Source of the DNA: a virus
Virus record (IMG/VR): IMGVR_UViG_3300046542_000335
Coordinates: 1-64,000 of that record
DNA: 64,000 bases
Reading direction: 5' to 3' (one strand)
In this document: positions 9,940-20,105 of the stretch, in pieces
How positions within the stretch are numbered: the first letter of the stretch is position 1
Layout of the letters: the number at the start of each line of letters is the position of its first letter
Made by a program: the position numbers and the translations under genes
Notes under the pieces: generated by a model
Database searches by the model: none
What the model was told of the DNA's origin: nothing
Seen by the model: the letters and a program-made list of their open reading frames with translations, nothing else

Positions 9940-10197
9940 ATGTCCGCAATCGAAATCGTTGGTACCGTAGTTGAAGCTGGTTCCGTAGTAGCTGATGCTG
10001 CTCAAGTCGCTGGTGAAGCTACCAAGCTGGGCGTAGCAACTGCTGCTGTCGCCAAGTACGCACAGACTGGCGCCAACATCGCCAAGTGCCACCCGGTGGC
10101 CGCAGCTGTCGTCGGTGCAGCCGCAGCAGCCGCAGCTGTCTACGGTAGCTACAAGATGTTCAAAGGTTTCACCAACAAGAAAGCGAAAGCTGCATAA
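9940..10197 (+). CDS. Ala/Val-rich small membrane protein (85 aa)
   Basis: GGAG SD; C-terminal PVAAAVVGAAAAAAAVYG hydrophobic helix plus Lys-rich tail. Confidence 0.75.
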   Translation: MSAIEIVGTVVEAGSVVADAAQVAGEATKLGVATAAVAKYAQTGANIAKCHPVAAAVVGAAAAAAAVYGSYKMFKGFTNKKAKAA

Positions 10198-10198
10198 A

Positions 10199-10240
10199 GG
10201 ACTGGGGAGCTTCGGCTCCCCTGCTCCACCTTTTCTTTTG
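10199..10240 (+). terminator. Intrinsic terminator, UUCG loop
   Basis: GGGGAGC-TTCG-GCTCCCC then TTTTCTTTT. Confidence 0.85.
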
Positions 10241-10283
10241 TCTTCATGCGGTGGTAAATCCTCAGGTAAAGGATTTTTAGCCC

Positions 10284-10291
10284 TACATTAT
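10284..10291 (+). promoter_or_regulatory. Putative early promoter core TACATTAT
   Basis: Preceded by ATTTTTAGCCC; recurrent motif. Confidence 0.6.
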
Positions 10292-10323
10292 CGAAGTGAA
10301 CAGTGGGGCTAGATACTTCATCT

Positions 10324-10335
10324 GTAAAATATTAC
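10324..10335 (+). promoter_or_regulatory. GTAAAATATTAC motif (middle-promoter-like or operator)
   Basis: Exact copies at 28521 and 40647. Confidence 0.55.
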
Positions 10336-10401
10336 CAAACCTGGGTATGAAGTGAACAACCACTATTCCGTACCCATCATCATCCTGAAAGGAAATGCAC
10401 C

Positions 10402-10860
10402 ATGAGCAAAGAACTCCCGGACAACATCAAGACTCTGGCCCAAGAACTGGAAGCCATCACCGTCATCGACGCCGCTACCAAAGTCGGCGACATGCCTGGC
10501 TTCGAAGACATCGTTCTGAAGTACCTGCCGCCGAGCCTGAGCGCTGATGGCCTGAAAGATGCCCAAGGCTTCCTGATCGACGTCGCTTCGGCTCAGACCC
10601 TGGCGTTCGGCAACAAGTCGCAAGCGGCCATGGTTGCTGACAAAGAGCTGGATCGCACCACCCTGCGCACCAAGCTCGGCCACAGCGCCATCGACACCAG
10701 CTACAGCCGCCACAAGTCCGGTACTGCTGCCGGTGCTGAATGGAACAAGTACGGCGTGGCCAAGTCCGACGTGATCATCGGTGTCGGCCGTCGCACCAGC
10801 CACTACAAAGGCGTAGTGAGCTACCTGGGCGAAGAAGCCGAGAAAGTGTTCGCCTCTTAA
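10402..10860 (+). CDS. Hypothetical protein (152 aa), probably highly expressed
   Basis: AAGGA SD, strong codon bias. Confidence 0.8.
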   Translation: MSKELPDNIKTLAQELEAITVIDAATKVGDMPGFEDIVLKYLPPSLSADGLKDAQGFLIDVASAQTLAFGNKSQAAMVADKELDRTTLRTKLGHSAIDTSYSRHKSGTAAGAEWNKYGVAKSDVIIGVGRRTSHYKGVVSYLGEEAEKVFAS

Positions 10861-10881
10861 TCGGCGATCAACGCAAGTCAG

Positions 10882-10910
10882 GCCTGGGGTTCTCACCCCA
10901 GGCTTTATGC
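10882..10910 (+). terminator. Hairpin + TTTATGC
   Basis: GCCTGGGG/CCCCAGGC stem then TTTATGC. Confidence 0.7.
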
Positions 10911-10938
10911 CCTCAATTGAATAAGGTTAGTACCAGAT

Positions 10939-11772
10939 ATGCAAATCACTGTTAGCAACCTACTCGCCTCCGAAGCACTCTGGGCCACCATGACCAAGCT
11001 GGCCGATCGGGTCGTAGATGGTTGTATCTGTGCGCAAAACGGCATTGCCCCTTACAGCGTCATCCATTTCAAGAACGACCTCGACGACAGCGTAACCCGC
11101 CGTCAGCGCGATGTTGTTGAACACCTGACAATCAATGCGTCTAACGCAAGCTTCCGTGTATCCCGCATCATCGACGTCGCAGAAGGTACCATCAAGTATA
11201 ACTGCCAGAAAGGCGGCTACGTTGGCCGTGCCATCAGACGGCACCTGGAACTCACTCAACAGAGTTCGGTCGACGCTATCCAATTCTTCGCCGGTCTGAT
11301 CAACTTCATCGACACCTACCGCACCAAAGATGGCGCACAAATCCGCGAGAAGCTGGCCCTGGCTGAAGCCTACAGCGTACTCAAGAACAAAGCACGCAGC
11401 ACCTTCTACAAGCACATCAGCGACAACGCGACCAACGTTCTCAGTCTCCGTTCGTTCTACAGACAGGGTATCGACCTGAGCGACTTGGAACAGATCGCTG
11501 ACTCCGGTCTGCCTAACGTCGGTAGCGGCGTCTACGTTTACCCGTCGCTTGATGGCGGTGGCGTTGCCGATACCCTGGTCATCGTAACGGACACCGGTTC
11601 CGTAGCCGTTATCCATCTGCCGAAGTCTGGCAAGTTCCACCTATACACCACAAGCCGTCAACTCGGCCTTATGGTAGATTTCCTACACGGTGTAGGCGCA
11701 AGTCTCATCGATTCGTTGGTTGACACAAACTCGTTCATCCACGGTCTCCTGAATCAGGTTACTGTCGAGTAA
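10939..11772 (+). CDS. Hypothetical protein (277 aa)
   Basis: Long ORF in + strand gene run. Confidence 0.7.
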   Translation: MQITVSNLLASEALWATMTKLADRVVDGCICAQNGIAPYSVIHFKNDLDDSVTRRQRDVVEHLTINASNASFRVSRIIDVAEGTIKYNCQKGGYVGRAIRRHLELTQQSSVDAIQFFAGLINFIDTYRTKDGAQIREKLALAEAYSVLKNKARSTFYKHISDNATNVLSLRSFYRQGIDLSDLEQIADSGLPNVGSGVYVYPSLDGGGVADTLVIVTDTGSVAVIHLPKSGKFHLYTTSRQLGLMVDFLHGVGASLIDSLVDTNSFIHGLLNQVTVE

Positions 11773-11790
11773 GCGTCATTTCGACATCCA

Positions 11791-11830
11791 CGCTGGGGGC
11801 CGCATCCCCTGGCGTGTCTTTTTCTTTTTG
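11791..11830 (+). terminator. Intrinsic terminator (TTTCTTTTT class)
   Basis: CGCTGGGGG/CCCCTGGCG stem then TCTTTTTCTTTTT. Confidence 0.75.
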
Positions 11831-11845
11831 TATTAGGAACGTCCC

Positions 11846-12277
11846 GTGACCGCAATTGAACTCCGCTTCCTCCGCATCCCAGCCCGCCCTACTGATGGTC
11901 CACAGCCATGGCCGGAAGAACTCGATGGGTTCACGCCAGACTTCACTAATCTGAACACCTACCGCTATGGCCACTACTACGGGGTGAAGAAACCCGGCAG
12001 ACTGGCAGCGGAGAACACGCACCAACTGCGTCCGTTCACCCTCGACCTCAGTAACAGCATCATCAGTTTCACCATCGAAGACGACTACACCCCATTCACG
12101 ATGCAGGGATGTGATCTAATCTTCACCCTGGATCTCGATGCCAGGACCTACGTTGTAACCCTAGGCGACAACCACACCTTCGACGAAGAGGATTACCTCG
12201 AACTAGACGAAGATGATCGGACTGTCGCTATCTTTGGTTTTGAAGGAGCGTTCAAAGATGAGTCAGAAAGAGCTTGA
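11846..12277 (+). CDS. Hypothetical acidic protein (143 aa)
   Basis: AGGA SD, GTG start. Confidence 0.6.
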   Translation: MTAIELRFLRIPARPTDGPQPWPEELDGFTPDFTNLNTYRYGHYYGVKKPGRLAAENTHQLRPFTLDLSNSIISFTIEDDYTPFTMQGCDLIFTLDLDARTYVVTLGDNHTFDEEDYLELDEDDRTVAIFGFEGAFKDESERA

Positions 12278-12992
12278 TGGCGGACTTCTCGCCCTGATGG
12301 AAATACATTGCAAGGACATGCGCAAGCAGTACGGCCATCTGCGAATCGATAAGCTGGCAGAAGACCAGCCTATTCCATTCCCTCATCGCCAGATGCCTAC
12401 GTTCTTTGTGCTACAGATTGCAACCAAGAAAGAACTCAAGATCTGGTTCCAGCTCGAGAAGACTCTGTTCGATCATTACGAGACCCCACTCGACATTCCG
12501 ACCTACATGGGTGTCCGACCACGCCAGATGGGGAAGGCTACTGAAGCTGGGAGACTGAGGACTCTGTTGGGATTAGACCTCGATGCCCACCGTATCCATC
12601 CCGTCCACGACACCCCGATACGTGCCGACTTGACAATAGACTGGACGGCACAATTGTACGCCAGGCGAACCCACCGCCCGTCAGTTGGTCCCGGCGGACA
12701 TGCGGATGATAAAGACATCAACATCATCGGCAAGTCTGGTCTACTCCTCGCCAACTCCGGTCTGTTCTTAGGGCTAGATCCAGGTATGGGTCGTTTCAGC
12801 CGGATGTTTACTGAGGAGCATAAACGCCGCTTCGACCTTTGGCCACGTAAGGTGGAGGAAGATGATCCACCCGAAGTCAAACACAGTACTGATTACAAAC
12901 GCTCGAAAGGGTGGAAGCGAATCCCGCTACAAATCCCCAATCAGGCCAAACCTTCAATCGTACTACTCGCACTACTCAGTCGTTCAGCATAA
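12258..12992 (+). CDS. Hypothetical protein
   Basis: AAGGAG upstream of ATG 12258; overlaps previous gene. Confidence 0.6.
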   Translation: MSQKELDGGLLALMEIHCKDMRKQYGHLRIDKLAEDQPIPFPHRQMPTFFVLQIATKKELKIWFQLEKTLFDHYETPLDIPTYMGVRPRQMGKATEAGRLRTLLGLDLDAHRIHPVHDTPIRADLTIDWTAQLYARRTHRPSVGPGGHADDKDINIIGKSGLLLANSGLFLGLDPGMGRFSRMFTEEHKRRFDLWPRKVEEDDPPEVKHSTDYKRSKGWKRIPLQIPNQAKPSIVLLALLSRSA

Positions 12993-12994
12993 GA

Positions 12995-13046
12995 GCATAG
13001 AGCCAGGGCGTAATGCCCTGGCTCTATGCATGTGTTCTTTTTTTTT
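12995..13046. terminator. Bidirectional terminator between convergent genes
   Basis: GCATAGAGCCAGGGC/GCCCTGGCTCTATGC stem; T-tract on + strand. Confidence 0.8.
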
Positions 13047-13055
13047 GCATCCTTA

Positions 13056-13373
13056 TCAGAACTTGCCTTGAATGGCAACCCCTGCACCGTACGGCAAAAC
13101 CAACTTCCCGACAACAGTCTGAATGTAGACCATCCCTGTCAATTTGATCACGAACACAGCGTGTCCAGTTTCCTGGATCTTGTACTGGTCGAAATCATTG
13201 GCGTACACCGGGATACGGCATTTGAGACCCATCACCGCGCGATAGACTTCCCGAAGCTCGGGAGATAGACTATCTTTGCTCAGTGTGATGAGTGCACTGC
13301 CGTACACCTTATAATTCTTGAGGTCTGCTTCCAGATCTCTTAACGCTGCATGTAACTGCTCGCATGCTGTCAT
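13056..13373 (-). CDS. Hypothetical protein (105 aa)
   Basis: ORF downstream of tail tube gene. Confidence 0.6.
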   Translation of the reverse strand: MTACEQLHAALRDLEADLKNYKVYGSALITLSKDSLSPELREVYRAVMGLKCRIPVYANDFDQYKIQETGHAVFVIKLTGMVYIQTVVGKLVLPYGAGVAIQGKF

Positions 13374-13395
13374 GTTGGCTTACTCGGAGACTTCC

Positions 13396-13430
13396 CTATA
13401 AACCTGGGGGCAGCCCTAGCCACCCCCAAG
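13396..13430 (-). terminator. Hairpin after tail tube gene
   Basis: Minus strand CTTGGGGGTGGC-TAGG-GCTGCCCCCAGG then TTTATAG. Confidence 0.55.
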
Positions 13431-13445
13431 CTCCGGCCTTACTTG

Positions 13446-14306
13446 TTACGGCGAAACCAGCGTGCTCTTCAGCAAGTTGATTTGTTCGCTGTAACCAGTT
13501 TTCACCGCGCCCACGTTCGAGTCGACACCCGATACGAAGGTCGGCTGGTACGAAGGATCGATACCAGTAACGCGCTGTGCGTCCATGAAGGCTTGCGCCA
13601 ACTTGTCCACAGCGTAACCGACTTTCTGGAAGCCAGTCCACGACAGGTTGTACGTCGCGATCTCGCCGTCTTGTTGCAGCTGACGGCTACCAATGTTCTC
13701 ACCGATATCGTTGTACGGGAAGAAGTTGGTTACCAGGAAGGCGTTTTCCACGTAGCGGAAAGTCTTGTCTGGTTCGAACGCGATGATGGTACCGCCGTAG
13801 ATGTCGGCGAGTTGGTCGGTGAACTTGTCGCTCACACCGCTCAGGAGCGCATGACCCACATCCGGATCCATGATCAGGTAGCGGGTGTAGTCTTCCAGGA
13901 AGCGAATCACTGGACGACGATCTTTCTCGACGATGGTCGAGGTGATCTGCGAACGAGCACGGGCCACGCGGGATGGAGTCTGGAAAGACTCGCCCGAGTT
14001 ACCGATCTGGGTTTCGTTTACCGAAACGGCCAGGGTGCGGTTGAAACCAGACCAGGACTGCATCCAGTTCTCGATCAGGTTCTTGTACGCTGCGATGTAA
14101 GCCGCGGCGTTAGGCATGTAGGTCAAGCCCACTGGTGCCTGAAGAACCTTCACGATCAACGGCTTACGGATGTAGTCCGTAGCCGATGGGTAGTAGGCCA
14201 TATCGGTGATATAGCCCTGTTGACCCTGAACGGCGAGGTTCAGTACCTTGGCCTGCGCGGTACCTGCGTAGGCCTTGTCAGTCAACGTTTCGTTATAACG
14301 TGGCAT
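13446..14306 (-). CDS. Tail tube protein (phiKZ gp30-like)
   Basis: 286 aa, directly downstream of sheath; size and synteny match. Confidence 0.8.
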   Translation of the reverse strand: MPRYNETLTDKAYAGTAQAKVLNLAVQGQQGYITDMAYYPSATDYIRKPLIVKVLQAPVGLTYMPNAAAYIAAYKNLIENWMQSWSGFNRTLAVSVNETQIGNSGESFQTPSRVARARSQITSTIVEKDRRPVIRFLEDYTRYLIMDPDVGHALLSGVSDKFTDQLADIYGGTIIAFEPDKTFRYVENAFLVTNFFPYNDIGENIGSRQLQQDGEIATYNLSWTGFQKVGYAVDKLAQAFMDAQRVTGIDPSYQPTFVSGVDSNVGAVKTGYSEQINLLKSTLVSP

Positions 14307-14312
14307 ACGCTA

Positions 14313-16364
14313 TTACTCCTCGTTCCGGCGACGTTGTGCAATAACCGCCAGGTTCTGCACAGTGCGGATGTTATCACCAGCCATGCCGATGTCCAGGTGC
14401 CAGCTGAAGCCCAACGCTTCGTCCAGGGCATTGTAGTAGGCGTTCGGAGTGATGGTCACCCGGCCGTCGTACTTGCCAGTGGTACGCTCGGTAACCTTGT
14501 CGGTCACGGCGTCCAGGAACTCTTCGTCGGTCAGTTGGCTGTCGCCCGACATTTCACGCCACACGATGTGACCGATACGCGTCAGGTTGCAAGCAATCTG
14601 AGTGTTCAGGTAACCGTGCAGTACGGAAGTGTGGGTTTCGTAGATCGACTGGATACCTGCGTAGAACAGGCGAGACATGTCGAACCACTCAGCGTAGTTC
14701 AGGCCGTTGTCCCAATCGTTCTTACGAGCGCCAACCAGCTTGGTGCCGGCGTTGTGGTCGCGGTAACGAGTCACGATGTTCTGCTCACCACGCCCGAAAG
14801 CGAAGTCAGAGTTCATCGAGCCGTCAGCGGCCGACATGTACTCGGCGCCTTTGATCAGCAGCCATTCCAGGAATGGAACCAGACCATCGTAGTTGTCGTT
14901 GATCAGACGACCAGCCGACATTACCACCGCATAGCGGCAGGCCTTGGTGCCGAACTCAGCCGACTCTTGCGATGCACGGAAGTGCGAACGCAGGGTCACG
15001 CCGATGGACGAATCCGCGGCAGCGCTGTTCAGCGGCTTCAGCACGTCCTGGGTGCAGGCGTGGATGTACACGTCTGGACGGATGGCGTGGAAGTTGGCGA
15101 ACTTCAGCTTGGTGTCGACCGGGAAGCCCGAGTCCCACACGGAATCGTACGGCATGCGCGCGATGTCAGCGTAAGGGAACGAAGCATCGTCCAGACCGCC
15201 CAGGATGTTGTCAACCAGGACGTTGAACTCTGCCACACCGATGGTACCGTCGGTACCGCCTTGCAGGAAGTGGTTCGAGGTTTCGGTGAACAGCAGACCG
15301 CCAGCCTGAGGACCTTCAACTACGAAGGTGTTGTATGGTACGCCATGGACGTCCACACCAGTCAGGATGTTGATCAGATGCGCATCAGCGATCTCGTCGC
15401 CAGTGTGCGCTTCTTCCGCGTCCTTCAGCTGAGCCAGGATACCCTCGATGTTGGCATCGTAGATATTCAGCTTTTCGAAGTTGCCGAAACCGGTGAACTG
15501 AGACAGGTCGGTGGTTTCGTACGAACGGATGATGTTCTTGCCGCCGTAGTACTCGATGTCGGTGGACAGGTCCACGGCACCTTTCTTCAGCGAGAAGTCA
15601 ACGAAGTTGCCGCCGTCGAGGTTCGAGACCAGGCGAGCAGTCGACTGAGCGTTGGTACGCTCGATCATCTGGATACGGTACAGGAAGGTACCCAGGTTTT
15701 CGCTCAGATCGGCGTCAGCCGGATCGGTGCTGTTCACGGTCGGAGCGGACAGGCGGAAACCGAGGTTCTTGCCTTTCTCACCGATGTGACGGCCATTGAA
15801 GTCCAGGACCGGAGTCAGGGTGGAGATGTCGCCATCCTTACCCGATACCAGACCGCCATCACCAGCCTGACCAGCGCCGAAGCCGTTAGCCGGGATTTCG
15901 ACAGCTTTCCATTGCAGACGGAAACCTTGAACGGTCTCGCCAGCAACAACGATCTTCGCGCCCGACGTGTCGAGTTTGAAGGTGCCGTCAGCGTTACGCT
16001 CGTAAACAGGCAGCTCATCAGCAACCATGTCCAGCGACAGACGAACAGTCGCACGCTTCGCATCGGCAGGCACGATACGCTGCAAGAGCGCCTTGCCGCC
16101 AGCGGCGAAGTGAGAGCGAATGAACTGGCTCTGGTGAGTGAAGAATTTCGAACGCGGGTTGGTCAACTCTTTGCCGTAAAGCAATTCCTGACCATCGCCA
16201 TCCACGTAACGTGCTTTGTCAGTTTCGCCCCAGGCAGCCAGGGTGAAAAACAGTGGCACGCGGATCGGGAGGCTTTCGCCTGGCATAACCAGGTTGACCG
16301 CCGATTCGTCCTTGATACCACGGAAAACCGTCCGTGGCAAAGAACTGTAAGTACTTACAGACAT
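14313..16364 (-). CDS. Contractile tail sheath protein (phiKZ gp29-like)
   Basis: 683 aa; PRTVFRGIKD start, FLQGGTDG, WDSGFPVDTK motifs of phiKZ-type sheath; divergent from gp28-25 block. Confidence 0.88.
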   Translation of the reverse strand: MSVSTYSSLPRTVFRGIKDESAVNLVMPGESLPIRVPLFFTLAAWGETDKARYVDGDGQELLYGKELTNPRSKFFTHQSQFIRSHFAAGGKALLQRIVPADAKRATVRLSLDMVADELPVYERNADGTFKLDTSGAKIVVAGETVQGFRLQWKAVEIPANGFGAGQAGDGGLVSGKDGDISTLTPVLDFNGRHIGEKGKNLGFRLSAPTVNSTDPADADLSENLGTFLYRIQMIERTNAQSTARLVSNLDGGNFVDFSLKKGAVDLSTDIEYYGGKNIIRSYETTDLSQFTGFGNFEKLNIYDANIEGILAQLKDAEEAHTGDEIADAHLINILTGVDVHGVPYNTFVVEGPQAGGLLFTETSNHFLQGGTDGTIGVAEFNVLVDNILGGLDDASFPYADIARMPYDSVWDSGFPVDTKLKFANFHAIRPDVYIHACTQDVLKPLNSAAADSSIGVTLRSHFRASQESAEFGTKACRYAVVMSAGRLINDNYDGLVPFLEWLLIKGAEYMSAADGSMNSDFAFGRGEQNIVTRYRDHNAGTKLVGARKNDWDNGLNYAEWFDMSRLFYAGIQSIYETHTSVLHGYLNTQIACNLTRIGHIVWREMSGDSQLTDEEFLDAVTDKVTERTTGKYDGRVTITPNAYYNALDEALGFSWHLDIGMAGDNIRTVQNLAVIAQRRRNEE

Positions 16365-16531
16365 GTTTATACTCCCAGGAGTTTAGTTCCGCGCAGAACA
16401 ATCGAGGAATTGTATGGTCGCTACTACATTGGTGGAATACGCCAAATGTCGCAGCGTACGCATACTATTTTAAATCAGCTCCTACAGCAGCTGTTTTAAT
16501 ATTTTACAAACCTTCATGGAGACCGCGAACA

Positions 16532-17425
16532 ATGTTCGATACCCCATACCAAACAACACCGTGTTCGCGTTTCGTGCTGGATAAAATCGCAACCGGAATC
16601 CGCAGACTCGAGATCGATGAAAAACTGGTGAAGGTAGCAGGTGTGGAAGGTATCGCCCTTGTACCGCCAGGAGTCACCGAGTTCCAACCTTTCAACCAGC
16701 CCATCACCAATAAAGAAATTCCTACGCTCGCTAATACCGTCGTACTGGACGGTCGGTCGTTGCTACGTCCCGATGGGACTGCGGTTCGGATCGATGTTTT
16801 CCAACACACCATCCTGACAGCCAAACTGACAAAGCTCTGGGTGGAAGGTGACGTGTCGGCTCGCCATGACTTCTTGAACGTCGGCGACTTTGCACTGAAA
16901 TCGTTCACGGCGTGGGTGAGTTCTGCGCTGGCTTTGCGGTTGAGTCTTGACTTTGGTCAGACCTCGATGTTGCGTGCCTTGACAACCATTTACTTCTTGC
17001 AGTTGCACGAAGCGGTTGACAGTCACACCACACCATTAGAGCAGGACCGTATTATGGTCCGTGCAGCCCGCGCTTTGGTGGGTATGGATCCAGTCACCCT
17101 GCACGCTGCGGTCGGTGATGTTCCTCCTCTGAACAGCGTCTCTGACTTCGTAGCCTGGGTGAAGAAAGTGATGAACAGCCCTCGGGTTGAGCAACTCACT
17201 GTCGGCTTCCTTTACATCGCCCTGGGTGCGTCTTACGGTCCGGCTTACCGTGAAGCAGTGGCCATCGCATTGGAATACCCTCCGATGTTTATCGCCATGG
17301 TGTACTCGGCAGTGAACGATCGCGGTTACTCCAAAACTGGCCTGGGTAAAACCGTTGAGCGCGTGATCAGTCGCGACAACCACAAAGAGTTCATCAAGAA
17401 CGTCAACAACCTCATCAAGGGGTAA
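16532..17425 (+). CDS. Virion structural protein (phiKZ gp28-like)
   Basis: GGAG SD before MFDTPYQTT; synteny. Confidence 0.65.
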   Translation: MFDTPYQTTPCSRFVLDKIATGIRRLEIDEKLVKVAGVEGIALVPPGVTEFQPFNQPITNKEIPTLANTVVLDGRSLLRPDGTAVRIDVFQHTILTAKLTKLWVEGDVSARHDFLNVGDFALKSFTAWVSSALALRLSLDFGQTSMLRALTTIYFLQLHEAVDSHTTPLEQDRIMVRAARALVGMDPVTLHAAVGDVPPLNSVSDFVAWVKKVMNSPRVEQLTVGFLYIALGASYGPAYREAVAIALEYPPMFIAMVYSAVNDRGYSKTGLGKTVERVISRDNHKEFIKNVNNLIKG

Positions 17426-17428
17426 TCC

Positions 17429-20071
17429 ATGAGCAGTTCGACTGATTACTTGGTCGACTATGCCACTCGCAATATCTGGTGTTCTCCAGGAATGGACCGC
17501 CAGCACATCGTCGCCCCAACGCGAGTAACACGGCATTGGGGTGCGTATGCGAACGTGCGTATCGGTCGGCGTGACTACAACCTTCCAACGATCAACACCT
17601 ACTACCATGTCTTCGTGGTCGGTGACCTCCCTCCCTTCTTGGTTGGGATGGATGAGATCCGTAATAAGTGGGTGTCTGCTCGGGCGCATTCTGTCAACAC
17701 GTCGCTGCTGATCGATACCTACACCGCTCCTGGTAAACGCATCCCGTCTCAGAACGTCTACTTCCTGTATACCCGTGACGGGAACATGGTCGTGGCCATC
17801 AAGGACATGCCGATCGTGACTGAGATCGGTACTGAGCAACCTTATATCCGCTGGCGCAGCAATGCCTGGTTCGATAGCAAGGACGCCGTGGCCATTGACC
17901 AGGGTATCGAGATCGAAGGCTACACCTACGTCGACAACAATAGCTTCTACGCCTACCAGCAACTCTGGCGTGCAGCAAAGGCCGCCACCCCTGGCGCGGC
18001 CATGGCGTATGTCAACGGCAAGCGGATCAAGGACATCAACAACGTCACCTGCAAGATGGGCGACATTATTGAGTACGTCCGGGATAAGTCGATCCGTGAA
18101 GTGGTCGAGTACAAGCTCAAGGACTTGAAGTCGTTTGCCAGTACCCTCGATCTCAAGGACAAATACCTGATCGCTCGCAATGGATTGGGTACCTTGATCG
18201 ACTACGTGGACGACATCGACATCTTCCTGCTGCGGTACACCACAGAGTTCGTCTATGACGGCCTGTACTACCACCAGAACCAGGTGGACGGTGTTCGGAT
18301 GGTAACCCACCGGGATTACGCCATCAGTACCGCCTACGTCGCCTCGATGATTGAGGCTGAAGAGTTCTGGCAGAACTACCACGACATCCGAGTGGAAGTC
18401 GTAGTGCGGCATGGTGGGTATCGTCGTCCGTTGGTGTATAACGCTCAGCGTATCCAGGAACTGTTTAAGCTTCCGTACACCAAACGCATTAATGCCATGA
18501 TCGGTCCGGCGTCTAACGTGTCGGTGTGGAAAGCGGCTGCTCTTGAAGCGTCTGCTTATTGCAACGTCATCGGTGCGTTGGACGGTGCTATCACTCGACC
18601 ACTGGCGCGTGACGCCTTGGGTTATCATGCGATCAGTCGCATGGTGGGTGACCTGCCTCAGAAGATGGCTGTTTCCCCTAATGCGCGTTGGTTGCAATTG
18701 CCGTGGCAGTCTGTGAAGAAGGGGACCGTCTTTGAGTATAACGCTTCTGGTCTGCTGTTGGGTTGGTATCCGCATGATTACTCAATGGAATACCTCGTTA
18801 ACAACGCGAACGCGATTTACTTCGAAGCGTTGACGGGCGAAGCCAGTGCGGCGGATTACACGATCTACGACGTTCAGGACTTCGCAGTCCAGGCCGACAC
18901 CGATTACCGCTTCTACGTCTGCACCATCTGGAACAACATCCCTCGCAACGACTGGATCGATGTCACCGGTGATGACGACTACTACGAGATCGTCAATGGT
19001 CTCGTGAAGTGGAAGATCAACCCAACGATGAAGAAGGCGGCGATTCGCTGCGACACTCGGACGTACATCAAGAACTTCGAGCTGTCCTACCGCGACCGTG
19101 CGTTGGCCTTCAGTGTCATCTCTAAAGAAGACATGATCGTTGCGGATGACGAGACTGACCTGGAAGCCATGGTCGAGATCCCGTTTGGTCAGGTCGATGT
19201 GTTCCTCAATGGCCGTACCTTGATCGAGAACCTGGACTACTACGTATCCTGGCCTGAGATCTGTATCGTCAACAAGGAATACCTGCTGGATGACCGTATT
19301 CAGTACGTGACGGTTCGTGGTCGTGGTTTCTGCACCAAGGACTTCAAGCGTGAGACGGCGCGTGACTGGGGCTTCATTGCTCACCGTGCGCTCAGCGAGA
19401 ACTTCCGGTTCAACCTGCATGACGACCAAGTCGCTCGTGTGGTGATCGGTGGTCAGCTGTACTCTCGCAGCGAACTGAAGTGGGCGGAAGACAACGGTCT
19501 GTTGCCAGTCGGTATCCAGAACGGTGCTCCGTACCAGGTGACCAACCCAATCATCCCGATGAAAGGGCTGACCGATATCGACACCTACGAATGGCGTGAC
19601 AAGTCGTGGGCAGTGGATAACGAGATCGAGGACTACATGTCCCTCTATCTACCTCAGAAGCCCCCAGCCACTCCGAACCCGATCCCGGCTTGGTATAGGG
19701 TTTACAGTCCGCTCTGCACCAAGTTGATCTACGACATGCTCGATGGCGTGATCAACATGAACGAGTTCAAAGAGGAGTACAGCCTCGAATGGCTTCGTGA
19801 GCGGATGCGTGGTTACGACTGGCTGCTCAAGTACGATCCTTCGCTGAAGGAGGAAGTTGACCTGCAACACGTCATCATCCACCCTCACCCGGAAGATGGT
19901 GCGATCGGTCTCAACATCTACCAGTACCGCCTGCTGGACCGTGTGATCCAAGTCATGCTCGATGGTCGTGTTTCGATCACCCGTGACCTGGTAGTCGTCG
20001 AAGAAGGCTTTGAGCACGATTCGATCGATCACCCGCATCCACATCAGACCTGGGAGTCTGTGGGTCAATAA
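17429..20071 (+). CDS. Large virion/baseplate structural protein (phiKZ gp27-like)
   Basis: 880 aa, N-terminal NIWCSPGMDRQ motif; synteny. Confidence 0.7.
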   Translation: MSSSTDYLVDYATRNIWCSPGMDRQHIVAPTRVTRHWGAYANVRIGRRDYNLPTINTYYHVFVVGDLPPFLVGMDEIRNKWVSARAHSVNTSLLIDTYTAPGKRIPSQNVYFLYTRDGNMVVAIKDMPIVTEIGTEQPYIRWRSNAWFDSKDAVAIDQGIEIEGYTYVDNNSFYAYQQLWRAAKAATPGAAMAYVNGKRIKDINNVTCKMGDIIEYVRDKSIREVVEYKLKDLKSFASTLDLKDKYLIARNGLGTLIDYVDDIDIFLLRYTTEFVYDGLYYHQNQVDGVRMVTHRDYAISTAYVASMIEAEEFWQNYHDIRVEVVVRHGGYRRPLVYNAQRIQELFKLPYTKRINAMIGPASNVSVWKAAALEASAYCNVIGALDGAITRPLARDALGYHAISRMVGDLPQKMAVSPNARWLQLPWQSVKKGTVFEYNASGLLLGWYPHDYSMEYLVNNANAIYFEALTGEASAADYTIYDVQDFAVQADTDYRFYVCTIWNNIPRNDWIDVTGDDDYYEIVNGLVKWKINPTMKKAAIRCDTRTYIKNFELSYRDRALAFSVISKEDMIVADDETDLEAMVEIPFGQVDVFLNGRTLIENLDYYVSWPEICIVNKEYLLDDRIQYVTVRGRGFCTKDFKRETARDWGFIAHRALSENFRFNLHDDQVARVVIGGQLYSRSELKWAEDNGLLPVGIQNGAPYQVTNPIIPMKGLTDIDTYEWRDKSWAVDNEIEDYMSLYLPQKPPATPNPIPAWYRVYSPLCTKLIYDMLDGVINMNEFKEEYSLEWLRERMRGYDWLLKYDPSLKEEVDLQHVIIHPHPEDGAIGLNIYQYRLLDRVIQVMLDGRVSITRDLVVVEEGFEHDSIDHPHPHQTWESVGQ

Positions 20072-20105
20072 TCACAGGGGAGGGTAACCTCCCCCTCACT
20101 TGGAT

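Noticed and set aside
13443-16499. 1018-aa plus-strand ORF antisense to tail sheath and tube
   Set aside because: Codon-register mirror of two in-frame, strongly biased genes; no SD, no motifs. The same artefact occurs opposite most highly expressed genes
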